DNA from: Mustelus asterias
Lineage: Eukaryota
Assembly (NCBI RefSeq): GCF_964213995.1
Contig: NC_135808.1
Coordinates: 67,270,001 to 67,334,000 of the forward strand
Direction: 5' to 3'
Length of the DNA: 64,000 bases
Within the stretch, counting starts at the first letter, position 1. Every line of letters starts with the position of its first letter. The notes under the pieces are model-generated. The model was not told the origin of the DNA, did no database searches, and saw nothing but the letters and a program-made list of their open reading frames with translations. Both the position numbers and the translations under genes were made by a program. Shown piece by piece: positions 1 through 13,134 of the stretch.

Positions 1-684
1 TGTGCCTTCTCTGTCCTTCCCCTCCTTTTACCTTTCCTTTATGTTTGCCAGCCACAAGACTTTCATATGTTAACTCTCTCTTATTGGCATTGCTTCCGGG
101 TCAAGAATTACCAGGGCATGTGGACCAGTAATTCTTATTAAAGAAAATTATAATTGATCCCTTTACAGTTGATGCAAGTCACTTTAAAATATGTTTAAAA
201 TCAGTTACAGATTCCACAGATATTTTAAAGAAATTACAAATGTTCCTTACTGTGGTGCTTTTGAGTCAAACATCATGGCACAATCAATCTTGTAAACATG
301 GGCCTGATTATGCATTCCTGAACAATGTTCAACTGAAGTTGCACTTTGTCAGGCTCCATAGCACCCGTTCATTGCTTTTGTATTCATTTATTCATTTTGT
401 GAGTTGTACACAGAATATAGCATGTACTAGATGGTGTTCTCTACATTCCTGGCCTTCTCCGCTTCCACTGACAAAAAGATGTACATCTTTGACAACTGAC
501 TAATGTCATGTGGATTATTGTTGGCTCCTTAATATATCTACTGATCCACATGAGATTTCCAAGTGCCACAAAATCCCTTCTGATTTGTAATCTGAGTTGA
601 TTGCATTTCTTGCTTAGTGTTCCTAAAGTGAAGCCATCACTGAATACGTTTCCATTTTCTTAATTGTTGTTTTGTGTCCCAGTG

Positions 685-1221
685 AAGTCCAACGCAAACT
701 GGAGGAATAGCATCAAAATTTTCAATTAAACAATTCACAATATTCTGGACTCAACATTGAGTTCAATAACTTCAGACCGTGAACTTTCTCCTCCATCTTG
801 ACTCTTTAATCTAAATATTTTCAGTCCCAAAGCAACCCTTCCCCTACAGGTCATCTGTCACTTGTTCTTCCGTTTTGCCTTCACAGAGCACTGATCCTTG
901 ATCTGCTATTAACACATTCTGCTATCTTACCATTATGCTACTATTAACACCTTCTTTAGTCTTCAACACTACCATTTACACTTATTTTGTCTTGTGCCCT
1001 AAACATCTTTTTATAATCTCTCCTAGATCACCCCATCCCAGATTTTCTATTTTGTTCCACCTGCTTCACCCCCTCTTAAAATGTATTAAAATCAATCCCA
1101 TTTCTCTTTTTCTTCAGCTCTGAAGAAGAGTCATATTGACTCTCTCTGCCAGACCAGCTCTGTTTTTCCAACATTTTGTTTTTATTTCAGATTTCCAGCA
1201 TCTGCAATATTTTGCTTTTAG
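685..1221 (+). mobile_element. Penelope-like element, family B: 3' end (degraded ORF end plus pLTR)
   Basis: 688-777 resembles the PLE ORF end (QRKLEE..., SGLNIEFNNFR). A pyrimidine-rich UTR follows, then a hammerhead remnant CTGAAGAAGAGTCATATTGACTC (~1120, GAAA lost) and the terminus CAGATTTCCAGCATCTGCAATATTTTGCTTTT. Confidence 0.7.
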
Positions 1222-2363
1222 ACGAGTAGGGTCTCGTATGGTCTCGGAAATATAGAATATAATATTCAACTTATTTATGCTGTCCAGTTACGTTAGCATT
1301 GTCAGTGCATAAGTGTCATGTCTCCACTGCATCCTCCTGACTTTTCCCTGTTGAACATTGCATTTGTTGATGTGGTTGGTGAACTGTTAAAATCCTTAAA
1401 CAATCCAGGCCATCTATTTGATCAATTTGGAGGTTGTTTGGCAGGTGAAAGTTTCAGTTGAAAGGGAAGATTACACACAGCGATAGTGGTAGTTATGGGC
1501 AACAGAACAATTAGCATGGCTACATCCTTGTGGAACGCTGGAGTACACAGATAAATTAGGAAAGAAGGAGGATATTTGGAAAATATCTTTTATTCACTAA
1601 CATCAATGAATAAAGTGAGCGTGCTTATGAAGCAAGGGAACCAAGTGTGCAGAAGCAAATATTCCCACATTCGGTACTGATTCAGACGTGGAAAATTTTT
1701 TGGAAGGAAAAGGAAGCATAGCTTGCTTTACAGAGAAATCTTTTATTAAGTTTGTGCAGTAGCCATGTCTAAAATGACAAGAGAGGAAGGAAGCGAGAGA
1801 GAAAGAGAGAGGAACACGAGGAGTTTAAATTTAAATTTAAAAAAATGCTTGGTTTACAGAAATTTAATCATGTATCCCATCAAGTTGAAAATGGGATTAG
1901 AATAGATTGGTGTTTGATAACTGGCACAGACCCAATGGGCTGAAGGGCCTCTTTCTGTACTGTAAAACTCTATGACTAAGCTTTTCTTTTCGTTGATAAA
2001 TGTGTTGTATTTTCTGATAACGTGCCTTTGTTGTCAGGACAATAATATTTTCTGGCAATGTGCTTGCATATATTTCCGACTCTTATCTGTGACAATATTT
2101 GGAAGTGTCACTCCAAAGGTCAAAGAGTCTATAGAATGGGCAGGGGGAAAGTGTGGCCAAAAGGGATTGCACAGGTTGAAAGTTGTATTCCGATGAGAAT
2201 TTGATTCTCTGGTAAGACTTCATTTTCTGGACAAAAATTGAAATGATCTTGAAGGAAGTCCATGTGTACTCTTTCCTGTTTAGATTTCCATGGCATATTT
2301 TTTCTGAAAGGCTGTATAACGTTTTTTGAAAGTGTTGAAGATTAAACATGCATGAAGAGGTCA

Positions 2364-3090
2364 ACAGCATTCAGACTGCAGCTGATGTAAGTGAGAAGTT
2401 ACACCTTGTGCCATACATTCCAGGCATTGGCCAACTCCAACAAGAGAGAGTCTAACCACAGCCTTCAACAGTATTGCCATCACTGAATCTCCCACTATCA
2501 ATATCCCAGAGGTTGCTACTAACTAGAAACTTAACTGGACCAGCCACAAATACCGTGACTCCCAGAGCAGGTCAGAGGCTGGCAGTTCTGCTGTGAGCCA
2601 CTCATCTTCCTGACTCCCCAAAACCTGTCCACATCTACAAGACGCAAGTCAGAAGTGCAATGGAATACTCTCCACTTGCCTGGATGAGTGCAGCTCCAAA
2701 AACACTCCAGAAGCTTTACACCATCCAGGACAAAGCAGTCCAGTTGATCGGCACTCTATCTACTGCTAAAGTCTGTAACATCGGAGGAACTCACCAAAGG
2801 TTCAAAAATAGCACCTTCCAAACTTACAACTTCTGCAAGATAGAAGACAAAGACATCAAATATATGCCACATGCAAGTTCCCCTCCAAGTCACCACCAAG
2901 TTGACTTGGAAATATATCACTGTCGCTAGGCCAAAAATCCTGGAATACTCTCCCCTATGGCACTGTGGGTATACCTACACCACAGCCACTGCAGCAATTC
3001 AAGAAAGCAGCTCAGCACCACCTTAAGAACAATTGGGGACGGACAATAAATGCTGGCTGAGCCAGTGACATCCACATCCTATGAATGACC
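2364..3090 (+). mobile_element. CR1-group LINE (MEYSPLAW family), 5'-truncated RT C-terminus plus 3' UTR
   Basis: ORF 2660-2929 begins MEYSPLAWMSAAPKTLQKLYTIQDKAVQLIG. The 3' end GGACAATAAATGCTGGC...CACATCCTATGAATGA is shared with the copies at 14418 (-) and 41647 (+). Confidence 0.85.
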
Positions 3091-4223
3091 AGGGAAAAAA
3101 GTGCAATGAGTTTCTCCGCTAGGTGGTGACTACTTAAAGAAGTCAATTTTTAATTGAATGTGCAATTTTTAAAAATGTATTCTTTTACATTTGGGGGCAT
3201 TACTGGCTAAGCCAGCATTTATTGCTCACCCTTGAGAAGGTGATCACACATCGGAAGCAAATAAATATTTACCGAGGTAATCTATTTTCAGAATGACTAT
3301 ATTACAATGTGTTGCAATGCAAAATATGAGAACAAGTGAAGTGTGTTATGTTTGGGGGACTTGGTTGACTGTGCCTTGAATAAGTGCAGGCGTGTAGCTG
3401 TTTTTGCTGCTCTTTACAAAGAGGACATGAATCATACAACTACCAACAATACGAGTGTTTTTGTGAAGGCTTGGTAATATTACCATTATGTTCAATTACG
3501 TTTACTTGTTTTCGCTATTGCTTTGAACCACAGAGTGTGTGGTGTCAAGATGAGAAGTCCACGTGATGCCTTCCTGAGTTTTGATAGTGTCTCCACTACT
3601 TAAACACCCACATTTAAGCTCATCACTCACTTGTAACAGGCAAAAAAATGATCATTTATTTGCATTAACACAAATTTCAAAATTGCCAGCTGTCTTAAGT
3701 GATCCATTTATGCTGGGCATTAATTGCTGTACTCACTGACCAGTGCACAACTTGATAAGGTTCCTCTTTCATTAAATCCACCATATTGTGTCCTTTTTAC
3801 CGTGTCCTGGACACTGGGCAGCGCCATGGGGTAGGGCCTAAAGGGAGGATGTGGGGGCTGTGCATTCCACACTTGGGGATTGCCAAGGTGGTGATCAGCT
3901 GTGGGCGTGGGGGGGGCGGGGGCGGTGGGTGAGGGCAGTGATCAGAGGAAGGGCGTGGAAATCATCTGGGTGGGGGGTGCACGTGATGTCTGGGGGAGTG
4001 ACAATCTCTCAATGCACTATTGTACATTGCGCAGGGAGAGATTATGGTGCATGCACAATAGCACGTTCTAGCAGTCAGTGGCCGACTTCCTGGTATAAAT
4101 ACACTCCGTCCACTCCTTCTACTGGTGAGAATCACACTTTGCCTCTTTTTTTCTAAGTATGATAAGACTTGATTTTTTTTTTCTCTTGCTGAAAATATGG
4201 GTGCAATTCTTTCTGTTTCATGC

Positions 4224-5695
4224 TTTGATTTGAGTAATTATTGTCACGTGTATTCATATACAGTGAAAAGTATTGTTTCTTGCGCGTGATACAGACAAAG
4301 CATACCATACATTGAGAAGGAGAGAATGCAGAATGTAATGTTACCGTCATAGCTATGGTGTAGAGAAAGATCAACTTAATTTGAAAGCCTGATGGCAGCA
4401 GGGAAGAAGCAGCTTTTGATTCAGTTGGGAAACGTGTCCTCAGACTTTTGTATCTTTTTCCTGTTGTAAGAAGGTGGAAGAGAGTGTGTCTGGGGTGCGT
4501 GGGGTCCTTGATAACGCTGGCTTCTTTTCTGAGGCAGCGGGAAGTGTAGACAGAATCAATGGATGGGAGGCTGGTTTGCATGATGGACTGGGCTTCGTTC
4601 ACGACCCTTTGTAATTTCTTGCGGTCTTAGATAGAGCAGGAGCCATACCAAGCTGTGATACAACCAGAAAAAATGCTTTCTGTGGTGCATTTGTAAAAGC
4701 TGTAGCTGACATGTCAAATTTCCTTAGCCTCCTGAGACAGTAAAGGTGTTGGTGGGCTTTCTTGACTATAGCAACGGCATGGAGGGTCCAGGACAGGTTG
4801 TTGGTGATCTGGACACTTAGAAACTTGAAGCTTCCGACCATTTCTACTTTGACCATATTGATGTAGACAGGGACATTTCCTCCACTGAGCTTCCTGAAGT
4901 CGGTGACTATCGCCTTCATTTTGTTGACATTGAGGGAGAAATTATTGTTGTTGCACCGGTTCACCAGATTCTCTATCTCTTTCCTGTACTCTGTCTCATT
5001 ATTGTTTGAGATCTGACCCACTACGGTGGTGTCACCAGCAAACTTGAAATTCGAGTTGGAGAGGAATTTGGCCCCACAATCATAGGTATATAAGGAGTAT
5101 AATAAGGGGCTGAGGACACAGCCTTGTGGGGCACCGGTGTTGAAGGTGATCATGAAAGAGGTGTTATGGCCTACCCTCACTGTGGTTTGTGGGTTAGGTA
5201 GTTCACGATCCAGTGGCAGAGGGAGGAGCCGGGCCCTAGGTCACGGAGTTTGGAGATGAGCTTTGTCGGAATAATGGTGTTGAAGACTGAGCTGTAGTCA
5301 ATAGTAGGAGTCTGACATGGTTGTCTTTGTTATCTAGGTGTTCCCGTGTTGAATGTAGGGCCAGGGAGATGGCGTCTGCTGTGGACCTGTTGCAGTGATA
5401 GACAAACTGTAGTGGATCAAGGCAATCTGGGAGGCCGGAATTGATTTGTGCCTTAACTAACCTTTCGAAGCACTTCATAATGATGGATGTCACAGCCACC
5501 GGACAATAGTCATGAAGGCACGCTGCCTGGCTTTTCTTTGGTATCGAGATGATGGTTGACTTCTTGAAGCAGATAGGGACCTCTGATTGGTATAAAGAGA
5601 GGTTAAACATGTCTGAGAGAACCCTGCCAGCTGGTCCACGCAGGATCTGAGTGCCCAAGCAGTACCCCATCCGGGCCAATCACTTTCCGTGGGTT
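4224..5695 (-). mobile_element. Rex1/Babar-type LINE, 5'-truncated, frameshifted RT
   Basis: Three consecutive minus-strand ORFs carry RT motifs: PICFKKSTIISIPKK...DYCPVAVTSIIMKCFERLV...LDPLQF, NTGAPQGCVLSPLLYSLYTYDC...FAGDTTVVG, and IKDPTHPRHTLFHLL..GKRYKSL. The 3' end is GTGACAATAA followed by TCAAA repeats. Confidence 0.9.
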
Positions 5696-7851
5696 GTGTT
5701 TCGACGCTTAGAATTTGTTTGGTAAGATTGCCCCCAGCTTGTTTCCCTCCAAAGAAAAAGGCCAGTTTTCTATCCAGATCTTACACAGTCTGCCAAAAAG
5801 ACAGGCAGGCATGTTTCACACCATGCAGGGGCCTCAACATGCCGGCAAAGCCCAGCACTGAGATCGGGGCACCATGTTTAAAGGGAACCTCAATCAAAGC
5901 AAGATAACCTCCCTCAACTACACCACGGAGGTCTCATGGGCTCCTCACTTCACCTGCCTGGACCCCCCCACCTAGATCGGAACCAGCATTCACCCATGAT
6001 CGGATCGTTCTCTCTTCCCCCACCCCAGCAGTCAATGCTGCCACACACACACCCCCCCCCCCCACCCTTTCCCCATCCCACAAGCGGCCATCACCGGCAC
6101 CCCCAATTCCCACATCTGCCCTCCCCTAACCACCACAAATAAACCCTTCCTCCCCCATGAAGCTTCCACTGGGGTTCACTCCTGGCACAGGTTGACATTG
6201 GCATGGTGCTAACCTGTGCCAGGAGGCATTGCCATGCCCTCTCTCCGGGGGGCTGTCATCCCCTTTCCGCCCCAGGAGGATCCCCGTGACAGGTTTACAT
6301 CTGGGTGACATCGTGTCAGTGCTGTTTGCATATATGGCAGGGGCTCAACATATGTTTTTGCTGATTTGACTGACTTCCAGAGTCTGGAAGAGAGTTCTAT
6401 GATAGCGATTATCAGGGATATTTTGTGTGTGCTTGCCGACTTTTACTTCTGTGTCCAACTTCCAGCACTACACCAACAGACAGCCTGTGGCAGCTTTCAG
6501 CTGGCTTTTAATCCATTCTTTGCATATTCCAAATGGGATGGTAAATCCATCTGGGCATTCCCATCTCTTGATGGGAAGGCCGTCATGTCCCTTTATCTCC
6601 TTTGGAGATGGTGATTCGCTTTTATAAGTGCCTGGCCTGGTAACAGGGTGGGAATCCATTGTCTCTTAGAGAATCACAATGCAGCCAGTGGCTTTTTAGA
6701 TAACCTGAGGTTTTATTTAAAGTCCAATATTTCAGGCTGCAATTTAGTGTTTTTTTTTTCCTCTTTTATTATCATGACAGTAGGAACATCTATTAAATTA
6801 GTGGATGGATGGATTTCATGTGAATGCATGAAATATTCAAATGACATAATTTCAAAATATATTTGTATTGCTCAAAGCATCGAAATCAGTCTGCACTCCC
6901 AGAATACTTTAGCATTATAACCACGACTAAATGAATCATTTGTTGCTCAAGGGATATCACAACCAAATGAAGTTTGAAATAAAGGACCGGGGTTTAATTG
7001 TGGAGTCAGTTTATACTCTTGAGAATCCAAATGAAAAAAGGCTGCAAAGTAGCCGAAGCTTGGTTTACAGTGTCGGTCCACCTGAGTTGGGGTGGAATGT
7101 ACTAAAGGCTTTGCACAGTAACTAACTGCAGGTAGACCAGTGTAGAACTGTTAACTTTGTGATGCTTGCATTGCTCTGGAAAGGATGTTGCCATTGTCAA
7201 AACATTGATGGTACTTGCTGGGTAGGTGAGGACAAGAGCTGTGTCTGATCCTATCCTTTAAACTGCAGCTTTCACAGAAATAGCGATACCACATGTGCAC
7301 ATCTGGATTATTAAACAGTTAAGACCTTTGGTAACTAGGCAATCTGGTACCACCTTCTTTCTCACGCTGGCTTTTGCTGTTTTGAACTCCTTGATCCTTA
7401 TTAGATGCTGTTGTTTTATTTGAATATTCTGCACTAGAATTCTGTCGGTGTATGATATTATTGATTTGTCACGGATTACAGCTTTTACATTGACTGAAGG
7501 GCAGAAAGTATTTGCTCAAGCATCCACAGGTCTGACTACAGGTATTCATTTAGTATTAGCTCCAATAAACCCTAAAGCTAGCACTGCATGACTAGCCTTC
7601 TGGTTCATTAACATCAATGTGACTAGATTTCTCCTTCCCCCACCTTCTGCCCCTGAGCCCTACTCACTTGGACTGCTAAATTTATATCTGTAACTTGAGG
7701 TGCTTTTTTTTCTGTTTTGCACAGGATCTTGTTTAATTTTGAACTTGGAAGACCAATTGGTTTCCCCAAAATTAAATAACTTTATTCAGCCCATAGGAAA
7801 TAAAACTGACAAAGTGAAGTATATGTACATTGGGACCTGAGTGGCATTAAG

Positions 7852-8113
7852 GTAGGCTTACATTAACACTGCAATGAAGTTACTGTGAAAATCCCCTAGT
7901 CGCCACACTCCAGTGCCTGTTCGGGTACGCTGAGGGAGAATTTAGCATGGCCAATGCACTTAACCAGCACATCTTTCGGACAGTGGAAGGAAACTCACCC
8001 AGACACTGGGAGAACGTGCAGACTCCACACAGACAGCGACCCAAGCCGGGAATCGAACCCAAATTCCTTGCGCTGTGAGGTCACAGTGCTAACCACTGCG
8101 CCACCGTGCTGCC
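7852..8113 (-). mobile_element. V-SINE, tail type B
   Basis: tRNA-like head (GTGGTTAGCAC, GGTTCGATTCC), V-domain, and tail TTTTCACAGTAACTTCATTGCAGTGTTAATGTAAGCCTAC. Confidence 0.9.
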
Positions 8114-8117
8114 AGGC

Positions 8118-8270
8118 AATCCCCGTACTGGCTGTAGTTGTTCATGGAGGCCTATCTCCTTACATTGGCCCACAGTTGATGTGGAGTGGCTCCCTCCCTG
8201 CAAGCTATGTAACCAATTGTCTTTCTCAAATGAAGATGGTCCTTCATGAGCTATGGCTATCTTGGGGCCT
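8118..8270 (+). mobile_element. Degraded fragment of the tRNA-SINE family seen at 35147
   Basis: TCCCCGTACTGGCTGTAGTTGTTCATGGAGGC aligns by eye with TCCCATACTGGCTGAGGTTATCCATGAAGGC (35218). Confidence 0.45.
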
Positions 8271-8326
8271 GTATTTCCCTGTTTGCAACATTTGTTTGGC
8301 TAAATACTGCTTTTCTTCACAACAGT

Positions 8327-8729
8327 TGGCACAGTGGTTAGCGCTGCTGCCTCACAGTGCCCGGGACCCAAGTTCAATTCTGGCCTTGGGTCACTGTCTG
8401 TGCGGAGTCTGCACTTTCTCCCCGTGTCTGTGTGGGTTTCCTCGCACTGTCCGAAAGACATGCTAGTTAGGTGCCAGGGACCTGGGTTCAATTCTGGCCT
8501 TGGTTGACTGTGTGCGTAGGTTTTCTCCCACAGTCCAAAGATGTGCAGGTTAGGTTGATTGGCCATGGAATATTGTCCTTTAGTGTCCAAAGATGCGTAG
8601 GTTAAGAGGATTAGCGGTGTAAAAACGTGGGGCTATGTGGATAGAGCTTGGCTGAGATGCTTTGTTGGAGAGTCGGCGCAGAGTCGATGGGCCGAAAGGC
8701 CTTCTCCTGCACTGTTGGGGTTCCATGAT
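8327..8729 (+). mobile_element. Chimeric V-SINE: type-B head fused to an HE1-type body and CR1 tail
   Basis: The head/V-domain runs to ~8474 (CCGAAAGACATGCTAGTTAGGTGC). The sequence then restarts at CAGGGACCTGGGTTCAATTC and ends GGGCCGAAAGGCCTTCTCCTGCACTGT. Confidence 0.8.
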
Positions 8730-9436
8730 GATAACTGATCCATCAACTACATTGCAGTAATGCATGGCTTTGAAACCTAAGAGCACAATTTCCAGTAGTT
8801 ATTCCTTTCATGGACAGGAGAAAGGGGAATTTTATCCAGATTGTGTTTGGTGACCTGAATATGTTGGGAAACTAGAGTGTGGGCATACAGATCATAGCTA
8901 TTACAAGGTGATGTAGCTTTGTTTATTGGCAACTTAATCGCTCAACAATCACCATGTTTAACAGCGAGGTAAACGATGGACTTTTACCTGAAAGCACATG
9001 TATTTTCTGTGATTGGTGAGGCCAGAACAGTGTGCTTTTGTTACAAATATCATTTTTGTATTGATCTATTCAAACAAAAATGAAGTGAATTGTGACCTGT
9101 GTATTTGTCTGCCTGCATAATTCTGCTCTGTAAAGCCATCCTCATTAGGATTGTAGAAAAGCCAGTTTTGCAACTATTACTGAAAGGAAAGGAATGACTC
9201 ATCTGAAAGTCGAGATGTCGTCCAGGATTTCGTGTTTTGGTATTTCTCCAAGATGGGCAGACCTGATAGCATGTTAATTCCAGGCTTTTGGGAACATGTT
9301 TATTGCTACTGCTTTCAGAAGTTCCTCTCTTCTGATCTACATCATGAGCAAACACCTTTTGCAGTTTGTATTACTTCCACAGTAACAATGAACTAAAATA
9401 TTGTTTATATATAACAGCGATCCTTTTCGAAGCAAG

Positions 9437-9600
9437 AAAGCATTTGTATTTGCATAATGCCTTCTATCTCTTGGGGATGTTTCAAAGCACATCTTGGCAG
9501 TGAAGAACTTTTAAAGTGCAATCTTTTTATATTTGTAGACAAACCTGGGTAGCCAATTCTCGCACAGCAAGGTGCCACCAATAACGAGGAGGGGTTGTTA
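9437..9600 (-). mobile_element. DeuSINE (SacSINE1-like) 3' fragment
   Basis: AGCCAATTCTCGCACAGCAAGGTGCCAC and CATTTGTATTTGCATAATGCC match the reverse complement of the DeuSINE 3' part seen in other copies here. Confidence 0.55.
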
Positions 9601-10717
9601 TTGACCAGTTTATCATATTTTGCTGATGTGAGTCGGGATGCAAAAAGACTTTATTTTTGTCTCTGAATCATGCTTCGGGATGTTTTTCAGACAAGTTTTC
9701 AATAAACTGAGTTTCCTTTCCTGGTCACTTTGCTTCCTCTCTGCTTGGTAAGATTGCCTGGAGCCCAGGTCATTATTAATGACCCTATTTGGCAGTTGTG
9801 CCAGCCTCTGCACAGAATCTTGTGGTTTTCCTGTACCACCAGCAGTTCTGTTCCATTATCTGCAGACACCGAGAGTAATGAGGTCAATGACTACTTCCCA
9901 GGTGGCAGTGGTGTTCTCAGTTTAGGCCGATCCCTTCGACCGGGGTTGCTTAAGGCCGACGACAGACCACAGTGATGGTTCCTAAATGGCTCCCCCCCGG
10001 ACAGATTACTTAAGTGCCTTACAATACTGTTTTTCCAGGGTTTTTTAGTCTGCTACACAAAGCAGTACTTCACCATGCAAACATGCCCAGTGATGGAGCA
10101 GGTGGACGAGAATGAGACCTACCAGCTCTACCCCCTGGCAGCATGGTACTGGTAGTGAACCAGAAGATATTCCTGCTGCATTAGTATTTCAGACAGCAAC
10201 AGCGATGTGCCAGGCTGCCGTAGAAGCTAAGTCTTGTGTTGTCCAAAAGTTAGCGGACCACTCCTTATCCAGCACAGCATCCTATTCTGCTAAGTCAACT
10301 ACTGGGGCCAATTAATGTCCTCATCTGCATGTACTCTAACAGTGGCTGGAGGGGCTCCATGCCTTGTGGGGTTGCTGCCAAGTAAAAACTGATTACTTCC
10401 TTGCTGGGTGGGCCCTACTGATTGGGCATCCTATGGCCCACACGGTGCCCGTTTTGGGCTGGTTCTGCTGAAAGCAGCTGCTCACCATCCTCGTGGAACA
10501 CACCACCCCCTGCCCCTCCTTCCCAGTTGACTGGCCTTGCTTGGCTCCACAAATCCACCTTGACTCAGGAACCACTCCCACCTTTGCTGGTCGAGGCCTG
10601 CTGCAACCCCAACAGTGGCCTGTCATCCTGGAGGTGCTGTTGGCTCTCCATCCTTAAAGGGATTAAATCCCTGATGCCAGACAGTTAACTGCCTGAAAAC
10701 CATCAGGGGCTTGAATT

Positions 10718-10912
10718 AGGCCATTCAGCCCATTGAGTCTGCTCTGCCATTTGATCATGGCTAATATGCTCCTCATCCCCATTTTCCTGCCTTCTCCCCA
10801 TAATGCTTCAACCCATTACCAATTTAAAAATCTGTCTCACTCCTCAAATTTACTCACTGTCCCAGCATCCACCGCACTTTGGGGTACCGAATTCCACAGA
10901 TTCACAACCTTT
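10718..10912 (-). mobile_element. CR1/HER1-like LINE 3' fragment
   Basis: GGCCATTCAGCCCATTGAGTCTGCTCTGCCATTTGATCATGGCT...GAATTCCACAGATTCACAACC is the reverse complement of a CR1 3' end like that at 33281. Confidence 0.75.
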
Positions 10913-12817
10913 TGCACTGGGCTCTAGGGCTGGTTGACAGGCTCACCTCCACAATCATTAATTTTGGTTTTGAACATTTCTTAAGGCCAATCTTGAGATG
11001 AGATGCTGGGATAAAGGTACATGGCTTCGAACTACAATCTGCTTCTGCGCATCAAGAGCAGACGTGGAAAATTGAAGCAGACAAAGAAAAGAAGCAGATT
11101 GCCTGCACTAGGCTGCTGTTTAATATTAAATCTAATTTGAGTGAAATTGCCCATCAGGAAATCGAGAAAAGATTGATGAGATGGATACAAATCTCTTTTT
11201 ATTAGAAGAAATTAAAGAGCAATAACTAGATATCAAGCAGTAAATCATTGCAAATAAGTTACACATTCAAAAACGAAAACAGTTCCATAATTAATGATTA
11301 ACAACTGAAGGACTTTTTTCAAAATAAAATTGGCACTTTTCCCGTAGCTGCCCTTTCGAAACGTACCTTACTACTTCATACTTTTCAATGTGTGCCTTTG
11401 CGCCCGTCCATCTAAAGCTGTTAACTAATTTATACCCAATTTGTGCTTCCCTGCTCTGGCTACTGAAACTTGTCACCATGCAGTTAACAGGGGCATCTGT
11501 CGGAGGATATGTAATAAAGAGCTGTGTGCGCACTAGGACTGGTTTGGCATGGTGAGCAGATTCATCCTGCCAAGTTGCCATACGACTGATTCAGGTTACA
11601 AAAAAGCTGGTAGGAGCAGTGTAAACATTGAATGTCATCTGTAACTGTGATTTTGCTGACTGTGTACTTAAATTATAGGGCAAGGATTTTGCTCCACGCA
11701 AATTATAGACTCGAGCACAAAGAATATAGTTACTCTGGCAATTAAATACTGAAATATTCCTGATTGTTTACGACACACTACATCTTGGAAATTACATCTT
11801 GTGAAGTTTGATATACAGGTGCTTATACATTCAAATGCATTTCCTGGTCTGGTATTTTAACAGAGGCACCAACGTCTGAGTTGAAAAAGGAGTCAAGGTA
11901 ATTGCAGTCAAAAATATTGACTTGCCTTTGTGGACCTTAATTTCAAGGCCTATGTTCTCACTAATTTGAGAATCCGAGACTGGTCGCACATCCTTTATAG
12001 GCCCCCATCCCTGCTCCTTCCTTTAATTAAATGGAATGAAATTCTAGTGGCTTCTATGAATGGGTGGTGTAGCCAAGTTCATCAGGTTCAAATCTGACCA
12101 ACACTTGCCATGGTCGGAGAACTGAGTTTAACCAACAGCCGGAATTTAGCTGACTCTAAATTTAACTTTTATTTTGTTGTAACAGCAAGGGGAGCCAGCA
12201 AAGAAGGGGATCACAGGGGATAGGGGGCTGATCTAGAGGATAATAGGTTAGAATGTAGCTCGGGCAGTCTTGCTTTTTAACAGTGAGGATGCTAGTAGGT
12301 GGGTGAGTAATTATGGAATGGCATATATGTGTAGTGATGTTTGAGTCGCAAAGATCTGGATGATGAGGCACATCACAAATCCGATCAATATAAAAATAAT
12401 GTCCTATGTGCACATTGGGTTGCAGCAGTTTTAAAGAATTTTTCCCCAAGAAAACCATTGACTTCATTAGAAATGATTTATGGTCTCTTTTCTTTCAAGA
12501 ACAAATGGGTATGAATGTACTCTTTGTGAAGCCAAGTTGACCCGAGAACATCTTGACACAAGCTGGCTGGGCTGCTGCTGTGTGTGGACCATCAGTGCAG
12601 AAGTACCCATGGTTTTAGGTCTGGTTAGTTTCCAAAATGAAAGAAACCTTATTTTTGCATGATGTCGAAAATAATCAAACAATTGTGTTTCAACTAAGAT
12701 TTCATCAACATTAAAAACATCATTACTTTCTCAATATTCAAATGCTTGAGAGAAGGGGGGGAGGGGTGGGGGGAGCAGTCTTTTATATGATGACTCCTCT
12801 CATTTCAAAGATGTGTG

Positions 12818-12990
12818 TCTATATAGGGTCTTTCAGGATGTCCAATCATCCCAGAGTGTCTTACAACCAAGTTCTTCAGAACTGCTGTAATGCAGGAAAC
12901 AGCAGCCAATTTGCATGCAACAAGCTCTTGTAAACAGCAAAATATCGACCAGTTCATCTGTGCTGCACTGGAGTGTAGGGCTAGATTTTA
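12818..12990 (-). mobile_element. DeuSINE fragment (internally deleted)
   Basis: GTAATGCAGGAAACAGCAGCCAATTTGCATGCAACAAGCTC and GTGCTGCACTGGAGTGT. Confidence 0.55.
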
Positions 12991-13134
12991 CCCTTGGGGC
13001 TCTGGGGTGAATCTTAAATGTTTTTGCAAGCAGTGAATTAACGGTAAATAAACAGAATTCATCAGAGTGATCCAAAATATGGCGCACTAACACATTCTAT
13101 TGTATCCTTCAATCCGCCTTTTGATATAATCAGG

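Noticed and set aside
7700-7790. Acceptor-like TTTTTTTCTGTTTTGCACAG as an exon start
   Set aside because: Downstream frames are short or unrecognisable, and no donor is evident.
10040-10700. GC-richer block as another Harbinger ORF2 remnant
   Set aside because: Composition is suggestive, but I could not read a diagnostic motif in any frame.
11945-12150. Possible LF-SINE-like ancient repeat
   Set aside because: The resemblance is too short and degenerate to support without an HMM search.
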